Shown: positions 1-13,885 of the stretch, in pieces
Position numbering within the stretch: position 1 is the stretch's first letter
How the letters are laid out: every line of letters starts with the position of its first letter
Assembly: GCA_051362555.1 (NCBI GenBank)
Contig: CM120641.1
Location: 22,382,001 to 22,446,000, forward strand
Length of the DNA stretch: 64,000 bases
From: Lingula anatina
Lineage: Eukaryota; Animalia; Brachiopoda
Direction: 5' to 3'
The notes under the pieces: generated by a model
Database searches by the model: none
The model's input: the letters and a program-made list of their open reading frames with translations, nothing else
What the model was told of the DNA's origin: nothing
Position numbers and translations under genes: made by a program

Positions 1-1407
1 TTATCCTGGCCTACCTGTGTTTTTATCTCTAAGTATCAGTTTTGCAGTACCTGTTTTGGTGTAGTTGTGCGGTAAAGATAGTCTTTTCCACTAAACTTAT
101 GTTTTGTTCGTAGTTCATTACACCTAAATACCATCAGTGAGGCCAGAATAGGGGGCTCTTTCTTTACACACGGATATATCTTCACACTGAAAAGGCAACT
201 TTTCATATACTGCAATCAAATCCCCAAAATGACAGATAAAAGTAATTCCTTGCGTGTTTTATTATTCTCGAGCATGACTTGAAATCTAATCACGTAAGCT
301 GCAAAGACATATAATTACAGTATGGATATGACACCTCTTACAGAAGTTCACTTCTCTCGCTCACCCGCTTTTGCTCACGAACACCCATAGCCCTGCGTTA
401 TCTTGAAGTTTTATAGATACTATTTGTTAAGGCTAAGGTAACAATTACCGAAGCCAAGTAGTTCGTAGATGAACTATTCTTATTAAAGGAGTGAGCAAGT
501 TGCACCAGCTTCAGAAATTGGGCCTTGGATAGAGGGGCTGCATTAAATCCAGGTAATAAGCAAGATACCTGCGGCAGCCACTTCAATGTGACAACAAGAA
601 CATTTATGATGAAAGATATGTCTGTTCTGAGAACTCTTCATTCACCACAAGTACAATACTGGGAAAGAAAAAGTATCTCAACCAGCTGGTATAAGGTGTA
701 TGTAAATGTATAAAACGGTACAACCTTCAACGAGCCTCGCATAGTGAAGCTCAGGCGTGGTGCTTGTCTTTCTTAATTGCTCCACCTCGTCTAATGTCCT
801 GCTGTATGTAGACACCAGAACGTGATGGCATGAAGTAACAAGTACCAGCAACTTAGCATTCACTCAGCTTTGGTATCTGACTCTAGTGCTCTTACCTCTA
901 AATTACATATATCTTTCATCATTACTATGAGTTGGCCATAATTACACACGCGCCGCCTTTAGACGTACCTGTATGCCTGGCTGGGTGTTTAATATGATTT
1001 GCCCCCACGTGGACAAAGTCTGAAGCCCGGGATATTCAAAGAGGGCTACAAAATTCCGCCCTCATCAGAATGAATACTCCCAGAATACCAGAGAATGGAA
1101 AAGTAGAATGACAACAGGATTCAGTGGAATCGGCCTAAATGCATCCAAAAGTATATTAGTAGCTCGCTAGCCAATGCTTTTGTCTTTCTTATTCATATTC
1201 GTACATATTGCCACCGACCAATTACGATTAACAAACACACCTGAATGATTTTCCAGTATTTAGAGACACGACTTTTCACCCTCTAATGAAGCAACAGAAA
1301 CTGCTGCACATCTCAATATAAGCAGGGTGACTACTTTTTTCCAAATCAAACTCATTCTGTACATTTTATATGTAATGATTCAGAACCAATTATACACTCT
1401 ATTCCAG

Positions 1408-4400
1408 TTCCACCAAAGGGAAAGCGTATTCTTCATGTAAAAGATGTGGATTTGTGCATCAAGCAGAACACCTACGACCATATCACGGACAAGTACGAGC
1501 TGACAGAGGAGCGGGAAGAGGATGGGAAGAAGATCAAGCCAAATCTAGTCATCCGACGTGGAAAGCCTTTCGACATCGTGGTTAAATTTGATCGAGCTTT
1601 CGAAAAAGAAAAAGATGACTTGAAAATTATACTTGAAGTGGGTGAGTACTAAGAACGCAATCGATGGACATGCATTCATTTAAAATGCAATTGCATTATT
1701 TGAAAAAGACAAAACGACAGCTTTACATTTATCAAAATATAAGAGCTAAGACATTACACGCGTTCATGTTTACATAACTTGTGCTAATTTGAAGAATAGT
1801 TTCCAGTGATTGATAACATGCTCCATTTTTACTCTAAAGATATTTCAGATGTCACAATCTACAATTTTAAAATAGGAAAATATAACAAATACTTTCTTAT
1901 TATGTCAAGTGCACCATCTCTCTCCGCTTATCAGGTCCCAGACCGCTTCCAAGCCGAGGGACATCAGTGGTGATCGTCCTTTCTGACGAGGACAAGCCGA
2001 ACCAATGGGGGGCGATGATCAAAGAGGTGAACGGTAAAGACGTCACCTTGAGAATCTTCACCCCTGGGAACTGTATCGTGGGGAAATGGACGCTTAAACT
2101 GGAGTTTAAGTTGCTGAAGGATGCGGGTACTGGCAAACCTGAAGAAGAAGTGAAGAAGTATAGATATGTCCACGAGGACCCGATCTACATGTTGTTCAAT
2201 CCCTGGTGCCCTGGTGATTATCGTTTATTCATTTACCTCATAACTGATTATTTCATTTGTTGATCTGTTGATTCACCTATTGATTAATTCATTTTGTATT
2301 AATTGTTCATATATTTGTTCATATGTTTATTTTTTCGCTCGCTTACTTTGTTGATTGTTCTGTATGATTCACTCGCTCATTTATTTAGACCCATTTTAAG
2401 GTATTTGTTTATTTCTTTTAACAACTTAACATAAAATGCACCGATCTTCTTTGTTGTATGTTTCTGTTATGTTGTTGTCCACATTATAGTACACATTTAA
2501 GTGCCGTCACATTCACCCTGCACTCGTGAGATCACGAGAGTTTTGCCTTGAACAAACCGGTAGCCTACCGGCAACAGCCGGGGCCTTGGTTTGCTCTGGG
2601 AATAAGGCCAAACGTGGGGAAATTGTCCTTTTAAGAAATGTTAAGAAAAACTGTTTATGTTTCTGTCTCTCAAAGACAGAAAACACTAGTGTGTGAAGCC
2701 TACAAGCGCGCCTGATTGATGCATTTTCGTCATACCCCGCCGCCTTTGGCTCTTGGCTTTCGGTTCTAATGTTACATGGTTTCCGGAGTTATTATCGCGC
2801 TGCCAAGCTACAGTCTTCAGAACCTCTTTGTGGCAATATCTACCATTGTCATCTCAGGCCCACTAGCTACCCTCCCCCTCCCGGAGCAGCTATAAAAACT
2901 GATATAACTCTGCAGTGCATAGCAAGATCCCAGATTAGATGGACAGATTCCTATGTTCTCTCAGTGGGATTTCACTTCTGATATTATCAGTAAAGTAACT
3001 GTAAGGTAGATTCTTCTTTTTAAAAAGTGCATCGCCATGTTGCGTTACTTTACATTTTATAATGATGACCTACGAATTCCGTTTATCATTTAAACGTAAG
3101 TCAGCTTTGCATAAATCTTAAACACGTTGCCTTGGGATACCTTGTAATCCTCTTGTGTAATGTCGAGGTTTTGATGTATTGCGTCAGTATAAAGGTGAAA
3201 GTATCAGATGCGAGGAAAAAAGGAATAAAACATCTTTCGCTGCCCTCCCTCTTGAGTTCATGTGCTAATAATAGCTTCCCGGCAATAAAGCCCCGAAACT
3301 TGCGTCTACAGAGAAAACACCGCGTTATAAACTAGACCCAGAGCTCTGCACCTGCTGGATACGAACGTGTTTTCTGAGAGAAAAAAAATGCGTGTGGTAT
3401 TGATTCAAATCTTCTCAGAGAGTTCACGAAGATATAAGTTTGCCCTGCACTTAGTGATGTATCTCCAATGTGTCTCAAGACTTTTTATGCAGCATTAAGT
3501 CTGTTTTATCTTGTTCTTTGTTTATTTTCACGGAATCGTTTTTCTTATTCCATTTGTTATTTTCCGGATTTTTATTACTAGTTTTGCCAATGTTTCCTAT
3601 GTTATTTCCCGCGAGTCAATTTTGCACACCCATCCTGTAGTTTTGAGGTCCCAGTATTTGGATTAGTTAATAACTATAAAGCCGTTTACATAGCATGAAC
3701 TTCAACTGTGTTTTCAGATGATATCTGTTACCTGGAGGATGAAACCCTCATCCTGGAATACGTGTTAAATGACATGGGCAAGATTTATGCCGGGAACTAT
3801 AAACAGATCGGGTCAAAACCTTGGACATTCGGCCAGGTAATTGAAACTTTTAAGATTTACTTTTTTTTTCTTAGGCATCCTTTTGTAAATATTCTTGGAA
3901 ATTAATCTGGATTCCCCTGTTAAACTTTGTTTGCTATCACGCTGAGATATTTTCCTGTTGGAATTCGGGCGTAAGCCTACGTGTAGTAAGCAATGTTGAA
4001 TACGCATTGGAGGCCAGTAGGGGTAATTGGTCAGGATGACAGTCACTTATGAATGACACACAAAATGTCAAACGAAATTGAGTTGAGCTACTTTACAGGA
4101 AGTCTAGAAACGCTTTTGTGCAGTATTTTAAATGCATCACATTGGTCGCGAAACTCCATTAAAATCCGTTTTCATGGAACATTTCCCTTTGACAATCCGC
4201 CTTCTTTATCTTTAATTATAAGCGATTGCAATGGTTTGATGTGAGTTTCGGTATGGTATATATACCTACTGCACCTCATTTGTAGCCGTGCATTTAACCA
4301 TCACCTCAAAAGCTTGTTTTCTTTGTAAAAAGATAGCTTTGTTTACGTCAATCGAACGTATTTTAAAAACTTAAGAATGAAAATTACGTTTTAAATGCGA

Positions 4401-7400
4401 CCATGTTTCAGTTTGAAGACTTCGTCCTGGATTGTGCGTTCTACGTCCTTGACAAGGCTGAACTTCCGTACAGAAGCAGAAACAACCCCGTGGGTGTCGT
4501 CAGGAAAATCAGTGCAATTGTAAGTACCAGTCGTTATCTTACCAAAACACGAGTTTCCGTTGAATTTTACATTTTAACATCACAGCATCACCTACTGCAA
4601 TCACATAAAACGCATTTCTGTTGAAAAATATTGTTACCTTTAAAAAAAATTCGGAAACTATCGAAAAGCGCCACTGTTGTAATTACGCAGCTTTCTGTTT
4701 GAGCTCAACTACAAGATTTACAAACAAAAAAAAGCCACCAGTTTCTCTAGTGAGTGGCAGCTACCTAACCAATGACAGGGTGACATTTTGCATTTGGCCA
4801 AGCAGGCCTATCCCTTAATTTTGTGCACTATATTTTGCCACTCTTGTTGAAATGAATGGTTTGGCCCATAAGGCCTAATTCTACCACTAACAGTAGTTAT
4901 ATACATGGGCGTCCGCAGAAAATTTTCTAGGGGGGGGGGTCAAAGTCATTGAAGGGGGAGATAATGATTGGCTGGGTACCCGCAATTAACGTGCCCGCCA
5001 AAATTCCAGGGGGATCAAGTGACCCCATTGACACCCCCCCTGCGGACGCCCATGGTAATATATATTTTTTTATTGACCATACTCAATACCCAAACTTGAG
5101 TAAAATGTTTGCTGTCCCATCCAGACCAACTCTCTGGACGACGACGGAATTCTGGTGGGTAACTGGTCCGGCGACTACTCTGGCGGCACTGCACCCACTG
5201 CCTGGGTGGGGAGCGTCGCCATCTTGGAGGAGTACTGGAAGACGAAGCAGCCCGTCAAGTTCGGCCAGTGTTGGGTGTTCTCCGGGGTCGTCACCACGCG
5301 TGAGTCTTATCACATGGTTACACGTGATTTGCGCTGCCACACATGGGTCTTTAAGCATTGTCACGAGCCTACTGAAACTTGAACTTGGGTTGATACTTTT
5401 CTCGTTAATGTTAATGTATATATTCAGGCCTTCCCAACTACCAGACTCGGCACCTACGGGTCCAGAATAAACCGGTATATCTGACCACACTACCCGTTTT
5501 CAAGGTGTGTGTCAGATCGCATAAAAGAGTATCATACCCTTTCACAAATTCTGTAAGCCTACCTGTCATCCGGGTATCGCGCCTCGTTTTCGTCAGGTAG
5601 GAGTCGTATGAATACAACAGACGACTCCCTCAATCAGGGGGTGGAAACGCGCTACTTATATGATTAAGACGAGCCTAGCCGTCAGTACCGGTTATTGTTT
5701 TGTGACCTTGAGGAGCAATTAGGTTTGGTCGTTGCGGCACGCATGAACAGTAGTTGAACTACCACACCTGGGTCTTTTGTTTTTGACGACTGTTCACTCG
5801 TCATCGAGGCGCTTGTTCAAGACTACAGGCTGATATCTACTAGTGCTACCAGTGGCTTCATTAGTAACGTTCCGACGTCCAATACTTAAGTTTTCTGTCC
5901 GTGCATACAAACCCTGAAAAAGGACAGCCTCGCTGACGAGAACAATAGACGTTTCTGACCCCTCTCTAGGATTACCCCTGCCCTCAATCTCGTCCATCCC
6001 GGTAGTCATGAAAATAATTTAACCCCCGACAGAATATGCTTCTGCTATCAAAATTAAGTCTACTTTTCTAAATTAATATATAAGTTTGCAAGTTCTTATT
6101 TACAAAACATCATTGGCTATGTCCGAACCTAAATTTTATGTTAAAAATTGCGGTACTGTCAGATTTTAGTATAAACAGAGAAAATTGCAGCAGCGCATGA
6201 ATCTAGATGAGATGCACTACTTTCCAACCCCGCTTAGGATCATTGCTATCACATCGCGCACCAGGCAAAATCGGTGTGGTGGCTGATACCCTGTAATGCG
6301 ATCTGACACACACCTTGAAAACGGGTAGTGTGGTCTGATAAACCGGTTTATACTGGACCCGTAGGTGCCGAGTCTGGTAGTTGGGAAGGCCTGATATTGT
6401 AGAATGTTAATTTGCACAAATATTGTTAAAGTGATGTTAATGCTGCACTGTGCAGATGTGTTTTGTCTACTGTTCCGTGCAGAATATTTATCCACATTAC
6501 CGTTAATTGAAATATTTCAACCAAATAGGGTCCTTATAGTATCCCAGTTAACATTACTTTAAATATATGAAGATAGGGGAAGGCATGTTATCTCATAATG
6601 TGATCCGCGTACGGGAAAGAATTTTCTATTAGTTCAAGGCGTATCAGGTTATGAAAAAAAAAAAAGAGAGAGAGAGAAGCAAGATCTGCCAGCGATAGCA
6701 GTCCATGCAATAGCCGCACCTGTGCTGAAGTGCACAAAGCGTGGGAAGAGGGTATCCCAGCAATTTATAGTTGATTAAAAATGAGGAAGCGCTGGTCATA
6801 TTTTTTCTGACATATATGTTAAATCTACCTTGAACTTGGCTAGGGTCTATATTTTCATATCGTGGTTAGGAAAATGTCGGGAGTTTTATACTCATTTAGC
6901 CCTCTAGGCATGCAGCTGAGCATACTTTACTCACATGCTGAACAAGCTTCATACAGGACCGCCAGGAATTGGGTCACATTATATTCGTTATTACCCTTTC
7001 TAGCTCCGACATGCATCAAGATGGGAAAGAAAACTGGGAGGCGGACGAAATTGTGTGGATATAATCGCTCTGTTACCTAAGCTTTGATGTCATTGGCATT
7101 CACACATATATACATAAACACTAATATCTATATTTTAGAACCACGATTTAACGTGACCTTACTTTCCTCATCGTACAGTGTATTATATTATTTCAGAAAA
7201 TCCAGAATGGCATTAACATCCTCAGTGCGATTTTTTCTGTAGAGTCCACGTAGTGTATTGAAGAAGAAACATACTGTATAGCGTTATGCTCTTTGGGTTT
7301 ATAGTGCATTTTACACACCTATTTAAACCTTGCAAGTGTGATTTAATGGCGAGAAATGGTGTTGCCGTACATTAATAAACCCTAGTTATGGGATGTTTAA

Positions 7401-10247
7401 CAATGAACCAGGCAAGCAAATTCTCCTTATACAAACATTAGTTATGAGCTATTTTTAAAGAAAATGTATACTTTGAGATTGCACTTTTTATTATTTCATC
7501 TAGTGTTGGTATCAGTCGAGTAGGCCTACATAATTTATTTCCTTGTTGGATCCCTTGCCTTGGATTGTTAAGTATAAGAAAAGTATATTTCAGTATGCAG
7601 GGCTCTGGGCATACCATGTCGCAGCGTCACCAACTTTGCATCCGCCCACGACGTGGACGCCTCTATCACAATCGATATGTATTGGACCTCAGACGGCAAG
7701 CCGATGGAGGACGCCAACTTCGACTCCATTTGGAACTTTCACGTTTGGAATGACGTGTGGATGGCTCGCCCCGATCTTCCCCCAGGGTATAGTGGCTGGC
7801 AGGCCATCGATGCCACACCCCAGGAGACCAGCGACGGTAGGGACCCTCTATGTTGTTTGTAAAGATGCCAGGTTCAAGTATTAAGTCACACAGCAGGCCA
7901 GTGTTAGAAATTAAGGCTGGACCGTCTGCCGGGGCAGACAACTTTCAGAATGGGCAGAGAAGTTTTCCCACCCGGCAGGCATTCTAGCCAGCTAATTTCC
8001 AAGATGGCTGAGCTTTCGGTCCAGCAACTTATTTTCCTAAGAGGCAAACACTGCAGCAGGCTATACAATATATGCAGCTTGAAATGTTGGGTTAAACTTC
8101 CAGACTTACAGCCAGGTAGTGCACATCGTACTTTTAGGTTATTTTTAAAGTTAGACGTTTATTTCGTGTAAACAATGCATTTTTCTCTATCAGGTATCTA
8201 TTGTTCTGGCCCTTGTTCGGTAAACGCTTTACGTGACGGCGTAATCACTCTGCCATATGACGGACCTTTCATCTTTGCCGAAGTGAACGCAGACAAGGTT
8301 CATTATATTCAAAAGTCAAATGGAGAATTTAGGAGCGTCATTCAGAAAGACATGTAAGAAAATAGTATCCAAATATTCGTGTTTATTTTCCTAAAAAATA
8401 ATTTCAAATATTTGATGAAATTTAGGCGAAAGAATGAGGCACGCTGATCTTTTTAAGGTGTGTTCCCAGCACACACGTCATGTTCGGATCACGTGGCTAG
8501 CACGTTGCTACCACTTTTTAACGTCATAGCGACGGATTAACCACGTGTTACCAACGTGACGTGTTTGCTGGGTTTGAGGTACTTTATTGACTAACACATT
8601 CATGATCACACATTGAACAATTTGAGACGTTGTGTATCAACATTGTTTCTTTCACATGTCACAGTGTTGGCAAGCGTATTAGTACTCGGCTACCAGACGG
8701 TTTTGCAAGGCGTGCGGTGGTTGGAAGTATCATAGATGATCCCGACAGGCACGACATCACATCCCAGTATAAGCACACAGAAGGTAATGACGTCACATTT
8801 CAGTATTAGCACACAGGAGGTAATGATGTCACATATCAGTATAAGCACGTTCAAAGTAATGACGTCATGTTTTAGTATAAGCACATGCAAGGTAATGACA
8901 TCACGTCTCAGTATAAGCACATGGAAGGTAATGTCATCGCGTCTTAGCATACACACAGCAGTAAATCACGTGTTACATGTTAGTGCAACCACTTGAGAAA
9001 ATTACGTCAAATGCAAGAAAATGATTGAATGTAGATCTAATGTTGTCACATTTCAGTTAACAAAATAAGATTTCAAAAAAATATAGATAAAAAAGAACAG
9101 ACGGGACTAAATTTTTTTTTTTTTTTTGTCTTTTAATAAACGTCATAACATTTTACTTGCTGTAAAGGGAAAAATAAATTATTTTGATATTTACGATATA
9201 TCTTTTTACTTTAAAATTCAGTATGATGGAATAAAAAAGAGATATTTTTCTATATTTGTGTTTATATCTGATCCCCTCCCTTTCTGTCAGGTACTGCAGA
9301 GGAGAGGGCTGCACTGATGAAAGCCATCTCGACCTCCACAAGACAAGATATATACGATGACGTTGGCGACGTAAGTGGTATATCATTTTATATTTCAGCT
9401 CGGTTCGCCAATTTACAGCATGTCTATTTTATCACAGGAAAATGCTGAATGACGTCACAGGTTACAATTTTGTGGATTAACCAACATTCTGCTCTTTTGA
9501 GACACTCGATATTTTTCACTTAAAGTGTCTGAACATCTTATCATTTGAGTTTTTCAAATTTGTCGCTGTTGCCTCCGCTTTGTCTTCAATGTTAATATGA
9601 TATCAAAAACTCTGTCAGACACTAGCTTTCACCATACCTGCCTAACAGCTATTCTGATTATGTTATAAACTGCTTTAAATACATAAATTTAATCAATAGG
9701 ACAGGGGGCTAAGTGTGTTGAAGTGAAAATCTATCTTATGTGACAAAAAAATGTGATTCCAGTCTGACTTTATTCTGTTTCTTTATTATTATTATTATTA
9801 TTATCATTATAAAAACCGTGGTTGATATCCCCTTGTGTGCTGGCCGTGTCGGTTGTTTATTGTTCATTTCAAGATTACAGTGGTTCAACGTAATTTACTG
9901 CTTTCGTTTTGGCAACCTTGGAACACATCTTTATATTACTCAAAAACTTTGTGCTTGCATATTTTCAGGATGTGAAATTCAACTTTGTGGACAAAGATGA
10001 CATATTCATTGGTTCAGACTTTGACGTCGAGGTCAAGGTGACAAACACAAGCGACGAGGAGAGGAATGTCACCATCACCCTGTCTGCCACGGTGTGCAGA
10101 TATACAGGCGTACCAGTGGCGCAGCTGAAAAACGAACAGTTCCAAATAAAACTGGAACCTAAATCTGGTACGGTTGCTCATCATTTGGCATGCATTTTGA
10201 GTTTCTTCGCCCTGGTGTATGGCATTATTGCGTCGTATTTAACAAAC

Positions 10248-10302
<55 letters not shown>

Positions 10303-13300
10303 ATTTTGGTAAATGTTACCATGTTATCACACTATGTATAAGAGTGATTGTACCAGTTTTTTTTCCAGGGCTATTTCTTTTGTCTCCATCTCATGGTTTT
10401 CATTATTTTTATCACTCTATCCGGTTTCTATTTGAAAAAAATTAACTTTAATTATAACTATCTTATTCAGATATTCTTTTGATGCCGTCTTTCATAATTC
10501 GTCTTCTTACTTCTCTATCTATGTTCTTTACTAGGAGGTAGGCGAGTATAATTGCTTTATATATGTTGCTTTCAGGAGTGTATTGTGTCCAACTTTTGTG
10601 GGGTTTCGCGTGATGTTTTTCACCCGTTGTCTTTATATGCCGCTATTTCTTCTTTCACAAATGAATTTACAAAAGTGTGATGGCTTTGAGTGAAATAAGT
10701 CTTCAGTAGAAGAAATGTGTGATCTGATACGGTATCAGAAATACCAATGTAAACATAATTTCTGGTTCCGACAAATTTTTATCAGACCTATATGCTGTTG
10801 TTTCGAATCTGAATTAGATTTTTAGAATAATATTTTTGATAATTAGAAACGGTAAATACAGGCACGTTGCTTGTTGCTTAATAATGGCCCAGTGCAGGTG
10901 CTGAATCACCTTGTGTTCCATCAACCTTACAATGATGTTATTTTGCCCTGTGTTTTTTTTATTTTAATTTTAAAATTGCTCTGAGGTACACTACCTGCTA
11001 AACCCGTTTCTTCAATTTCAATTAGACCGTTATGAAATCCGCTTACGGCAGTTATATCCGTTTGCTGCTCTTTTCTTTGTAAGCTTGCTTACTTTTGGAA
11101 AATCACTTTCTACATCTTATGGCTTTGCTCTTCACGGCGAAGCACTTTGGTTGTTTCTTTTAAACAAACTTGTTTGTATTAGTGTTATATTTAAGAGAGT
11201 CAAACGAGCAATTACTCGCAAGTTAAGGTATTTCCATACTGCATGTATAGAGGGAGCCACTGCAGCATCAAGCTCTCCTGCACTGGAGGACAATATAAGC
11301 ATGCACTTCCTCTAGTCACCAGCTTTTATTTACCATGTGCTGTGTTGTTTTGAAATTATAAATCCCTAAAGATGAGTAATATTCCACCCAGAAAGGCTGG
11401 CAAGTTCATTTCACAGGGCAAACAGAACCTAAATAGAACCCCCTCCCAAGAATCCCTGGATCCCCCCTGTCTTTCATTATATTCTCAATTATGAAATATT
11501 CAGCAACTAAATATAGTGAGAAATACCATGAATGCTACTTTGAGGGCTATAGAGTTGAAGTGATGTATATTTGGGGCTTGAACTGAGGTGACATTACATT
11601 TTTCGGCATTTTTTGCCTTTTTTTGATAATTTCAATTGACTATATTTCAATATTTAGCCTGATGACCTACTATTTTTTTAACATCATGTCATGAAGTACT
11701 CATAGGAGAGTGTTTTTGCTCATTTTCATGAAAATTAAATTCAGGGATTGGGTACAATGACCAATTTTGTGTAAAATTGTTGGTTTCCAAACTGGCCACC
11801 AGGTGGCGTAGAAACATGATGAGGTCAGTTCTAAAAATAGAAACAACAATAAATGTATGAAAAAATGTAAAAATATTCTCTTTTCTCTTCATTAAAATCT
11901 TAACAGGTGTAATTATCCCCCTCAGGAGTGATATACTGGGCCTGAAAACTTATTTATATAGAGGCGCTGCGATATCCAATTCTAGCATTTTAGTCCATAT
12001 TTCAGTTGGCTGTGGTGAGGAAACTAAACCGGTGACCATATCAAAAAAAATCATTTTTATTACCAGTTTCACCTGTACTTCATTGGTGCAAAGTTTGGAG
12101 ACAATTAAATTAGAGAATCTAAAAGTATGGAAATACCCAGTAGGCCTACATGTATTTCTTTCCTTTCTATAAATGTCACAGCATGGCTTTTTTCACTTTA
12201 GATTTGTTCATCAGTTTCAGGGGCCACTCTTTCATCATGTCTGTGCCGTGTCCAGGATACTGGGAACGGTCAGGCATGTTGAAAATAGGGGCAGATACAT
12301 GTATCCTCTGTTAGTCAGGGTGCGTGCGTACTTTTACCACGTATTTTTGTTGTTCTTCCAAGCTTAAATCATGTTTCTAGTACTTTTACCACGTACTCTT
12401 GAGCTTCTTCCAAGCTTAATCCATGTTTCTAGTGCTTTTCACTTACATGAGATTTTTTACTTCCTTTCCCTTTTAAACCGTTACGTAAAATGAATCTTGT
12501 AACTGTTATGTTCTCATGGTTTGATTTGTCATGTGTCTAAGAACAATTTAGTCCCCTTATTTTCTGTGACAGTACCATGCATTATTCAGTAGTGCCATTT
12601 ATACAAGTTTGGGTTTTTTTCAATTTAGTTATGATACAAAAAAAACCTGCATAAGAAAATGCCTGAGTTAAACTCTATAGAAGAAAAACCTTTTAGTTCT
12701 TGTTCCAATTCGCACGAGTAGTAGGCGCCTAACCTTATTTCCATAGCTGTCCATGAAGCATTTGGTGCATTATCGGTAATCGGCTTGTTTCATCGTAGTC
12801 ACCAGTGCAGAATGTTCTTTAAGAAAAATAATGAACAAAAATCTCTTCAAGAAACACGCCACTCTGACGTTGCTTTGGTCTTTACACGCCTGCGGGTGTT
12901 TTGTTTCAATGTTCATTGTAGCATTAGGAATATATACTGTTAACTTTCTGTCTAGAACAAAGCGTGAAGATGGCGTGTACTGTAGATGAGTACCTTCCAA
13001 AACTGGTGGAGGGAGCATCCATGAAGATAGGTGGTATGGCCTGGGTGAAGGAGACTGGACAGGTCCATGCAGACCTCGACGACTTCCGTCTAAGAAGACC
13101 CGATCTCAAAGTAGAGGTACAAAATAACGATAATAGAATGTCTCCAAACCTCTCCAGTGAATAAGAAAAACGTCATCATCTTGAATTTTATTTACTTGTT
13201 TTGTGGGAGGCGATAGAACCGGCCTCTTCACACGATCCTGTTACAGAAAAATGGCCTAATTTAATTGTTGTTTCCCTCTTTATTTTCAGGCGAAATGCCT

Positions 13301-13885
13301 TGACGATTCTGGAATTTTCAGAGTTGGAGTACCATTCGATCTGGTGGTTTCTTTAACCAATCCTCTTAACAAACAGCTGACGAAGTGCGAGTGGTTTATT
13401 GAAGGACCTGGACTGCAGAAACCTAAGAGGATAAAACACGCGTCGTAAGTATGACCCTCACTTTATACTGTAATTCAAAAACTAGACTTTATATTATTTT
13501 GAAAATAAGATTATCCTAGAACCTGTTTGAAATGCAAAAAAAAAAAAAAAAAAATTCAAAAACGTATTAAAAAGAAAAAATACTTTTTACGTCTCTATGG
13601 TCTACCCAAAATTAAATGGCAACATCTCTATCTGCCTCAATCTGCAATGCTGCCGTTATTAATGTCTCAGCAGTGGGCACATTTTACTTCAGCGGTTTAG
13701 GTTTAGGTTTTCAAATTGCTTCTCTTTCCTTCCATAGGGATGTGGCAGCAAATGCCCTCGTTGACCTCACGTATCAGATGACCCCCCGCCGTACCGGCAC
13801 TCGCCAAATAGCAGTCGGTTTCGACACCGTGGAGCTCCCTGACATCACCGGTAGCGCCATCATAGAGGTCAAACCTGCTGCTTAA
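1408..13885 (+). CDS. TGM: Protein-glutamine gamma-glutamyltransferase (transglutaminase), multi-exon; first coding exon not confidently located
   Basis: GT-AG exons that join in frame: 1408-1641, 1935-2213, 3718-3836, 4412-4519, 5125-5299, 7594-7836, 8194-8353, 8665-8783, 9291-9370, 9969-10167, 12956-13116, 13290-13444, 13738-13885. Hallmark motifs: LVIRRG, LFNPWC, GNWSGDY, catalytic Cys [17 protein letters not shown], catalytic His WNFHVWND, catalytic Asp IDATPQE, FAEVNAD, C-terminal beta-barrel TNPL...EGPGL. A possible first exon is ATG 1108 to 1150 (MTTGFSGIGLNASK), which is phase-compatible but has a weak donor. Confidence 0.95.
4904..5054. mobile_element. hAT-like MITE in a TGM intron
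   Basis: 15-bp perfect TIRs CATGGGCGTCCGCAG / CTGCGGACGCCCATG; 8-bp flanks GTTATATA (4896-4903) and GTAATATA (5055-5062) match at 7/8 positions, as expected for an 8-bp TSD. Confidence 0.8.
5425..6393. mobile_element. Non-autonomous DNA transposon (about 970 bp) with about 110-bp TIRs
   Basis: CAGGCCTTCCCAACTACCAGACTCGGCACCTACGGGTCCAG... (5425 to about 5534) is the near-perfect reverse complement of about 6284-6393. Both ends are flanked by ATATT. No transposase ORF inside. Confidence 0.85.
8465..8572. mobile_element. Short palindromic MITE with CCC...GGG ends (CMC/EnSpm-like)
   Basis: CCCAGCACACACGTCATGTT pairs with AACGTGACGTGTTTGCTGGG, and pairing continues inward; TT on both flanks. The superfamily call is an inference from the termini. 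Confidence 0.65.
8753..8966 (+). repeat. 36-bp minisatellite (about 6 copies) spanning the TGM exon 8 / intron junction
   Basis: Units start at 8753, 8789, 8825, 8861, 8897 and 8933; consensus approximately GACRTCACRTYTCAGTATAAGCACAYRGAAGGTAAT. Confidence 0.9.
10252..10298. repeat. (GA)n microsatellite
   Basis: Pure GA run in a TGM intron. Confidence 0.95.
12329..12432. repeat. Tandem duplication of about 52 bp (2 copies)
   Basis: TACTTTTACCACGTA...TTCTTCCAAGCTTAA..CATGTTTCTAG occurs twice in tandem. Confidence 0.75.

Noticed and set aside
2498-3453. Possible old TIR element in TGM intron 2
   Set aside because: Only TAAGTGC / GCACTTA and a weak sub-terminal hairpin match; too degraded to call.
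4949-5490. 173-aa and 135-aa ORFs overlapping TGM exon 5
   Set aside because: Off-frame or antisense read-through of a MITE plus a GC-rich exon.
8690-8996. Repetitive ORFs on both strands (KVMTS.. / DVIT..)
   Set aside because: Translations of the 36-bp minisatellite; no independent gene structure.
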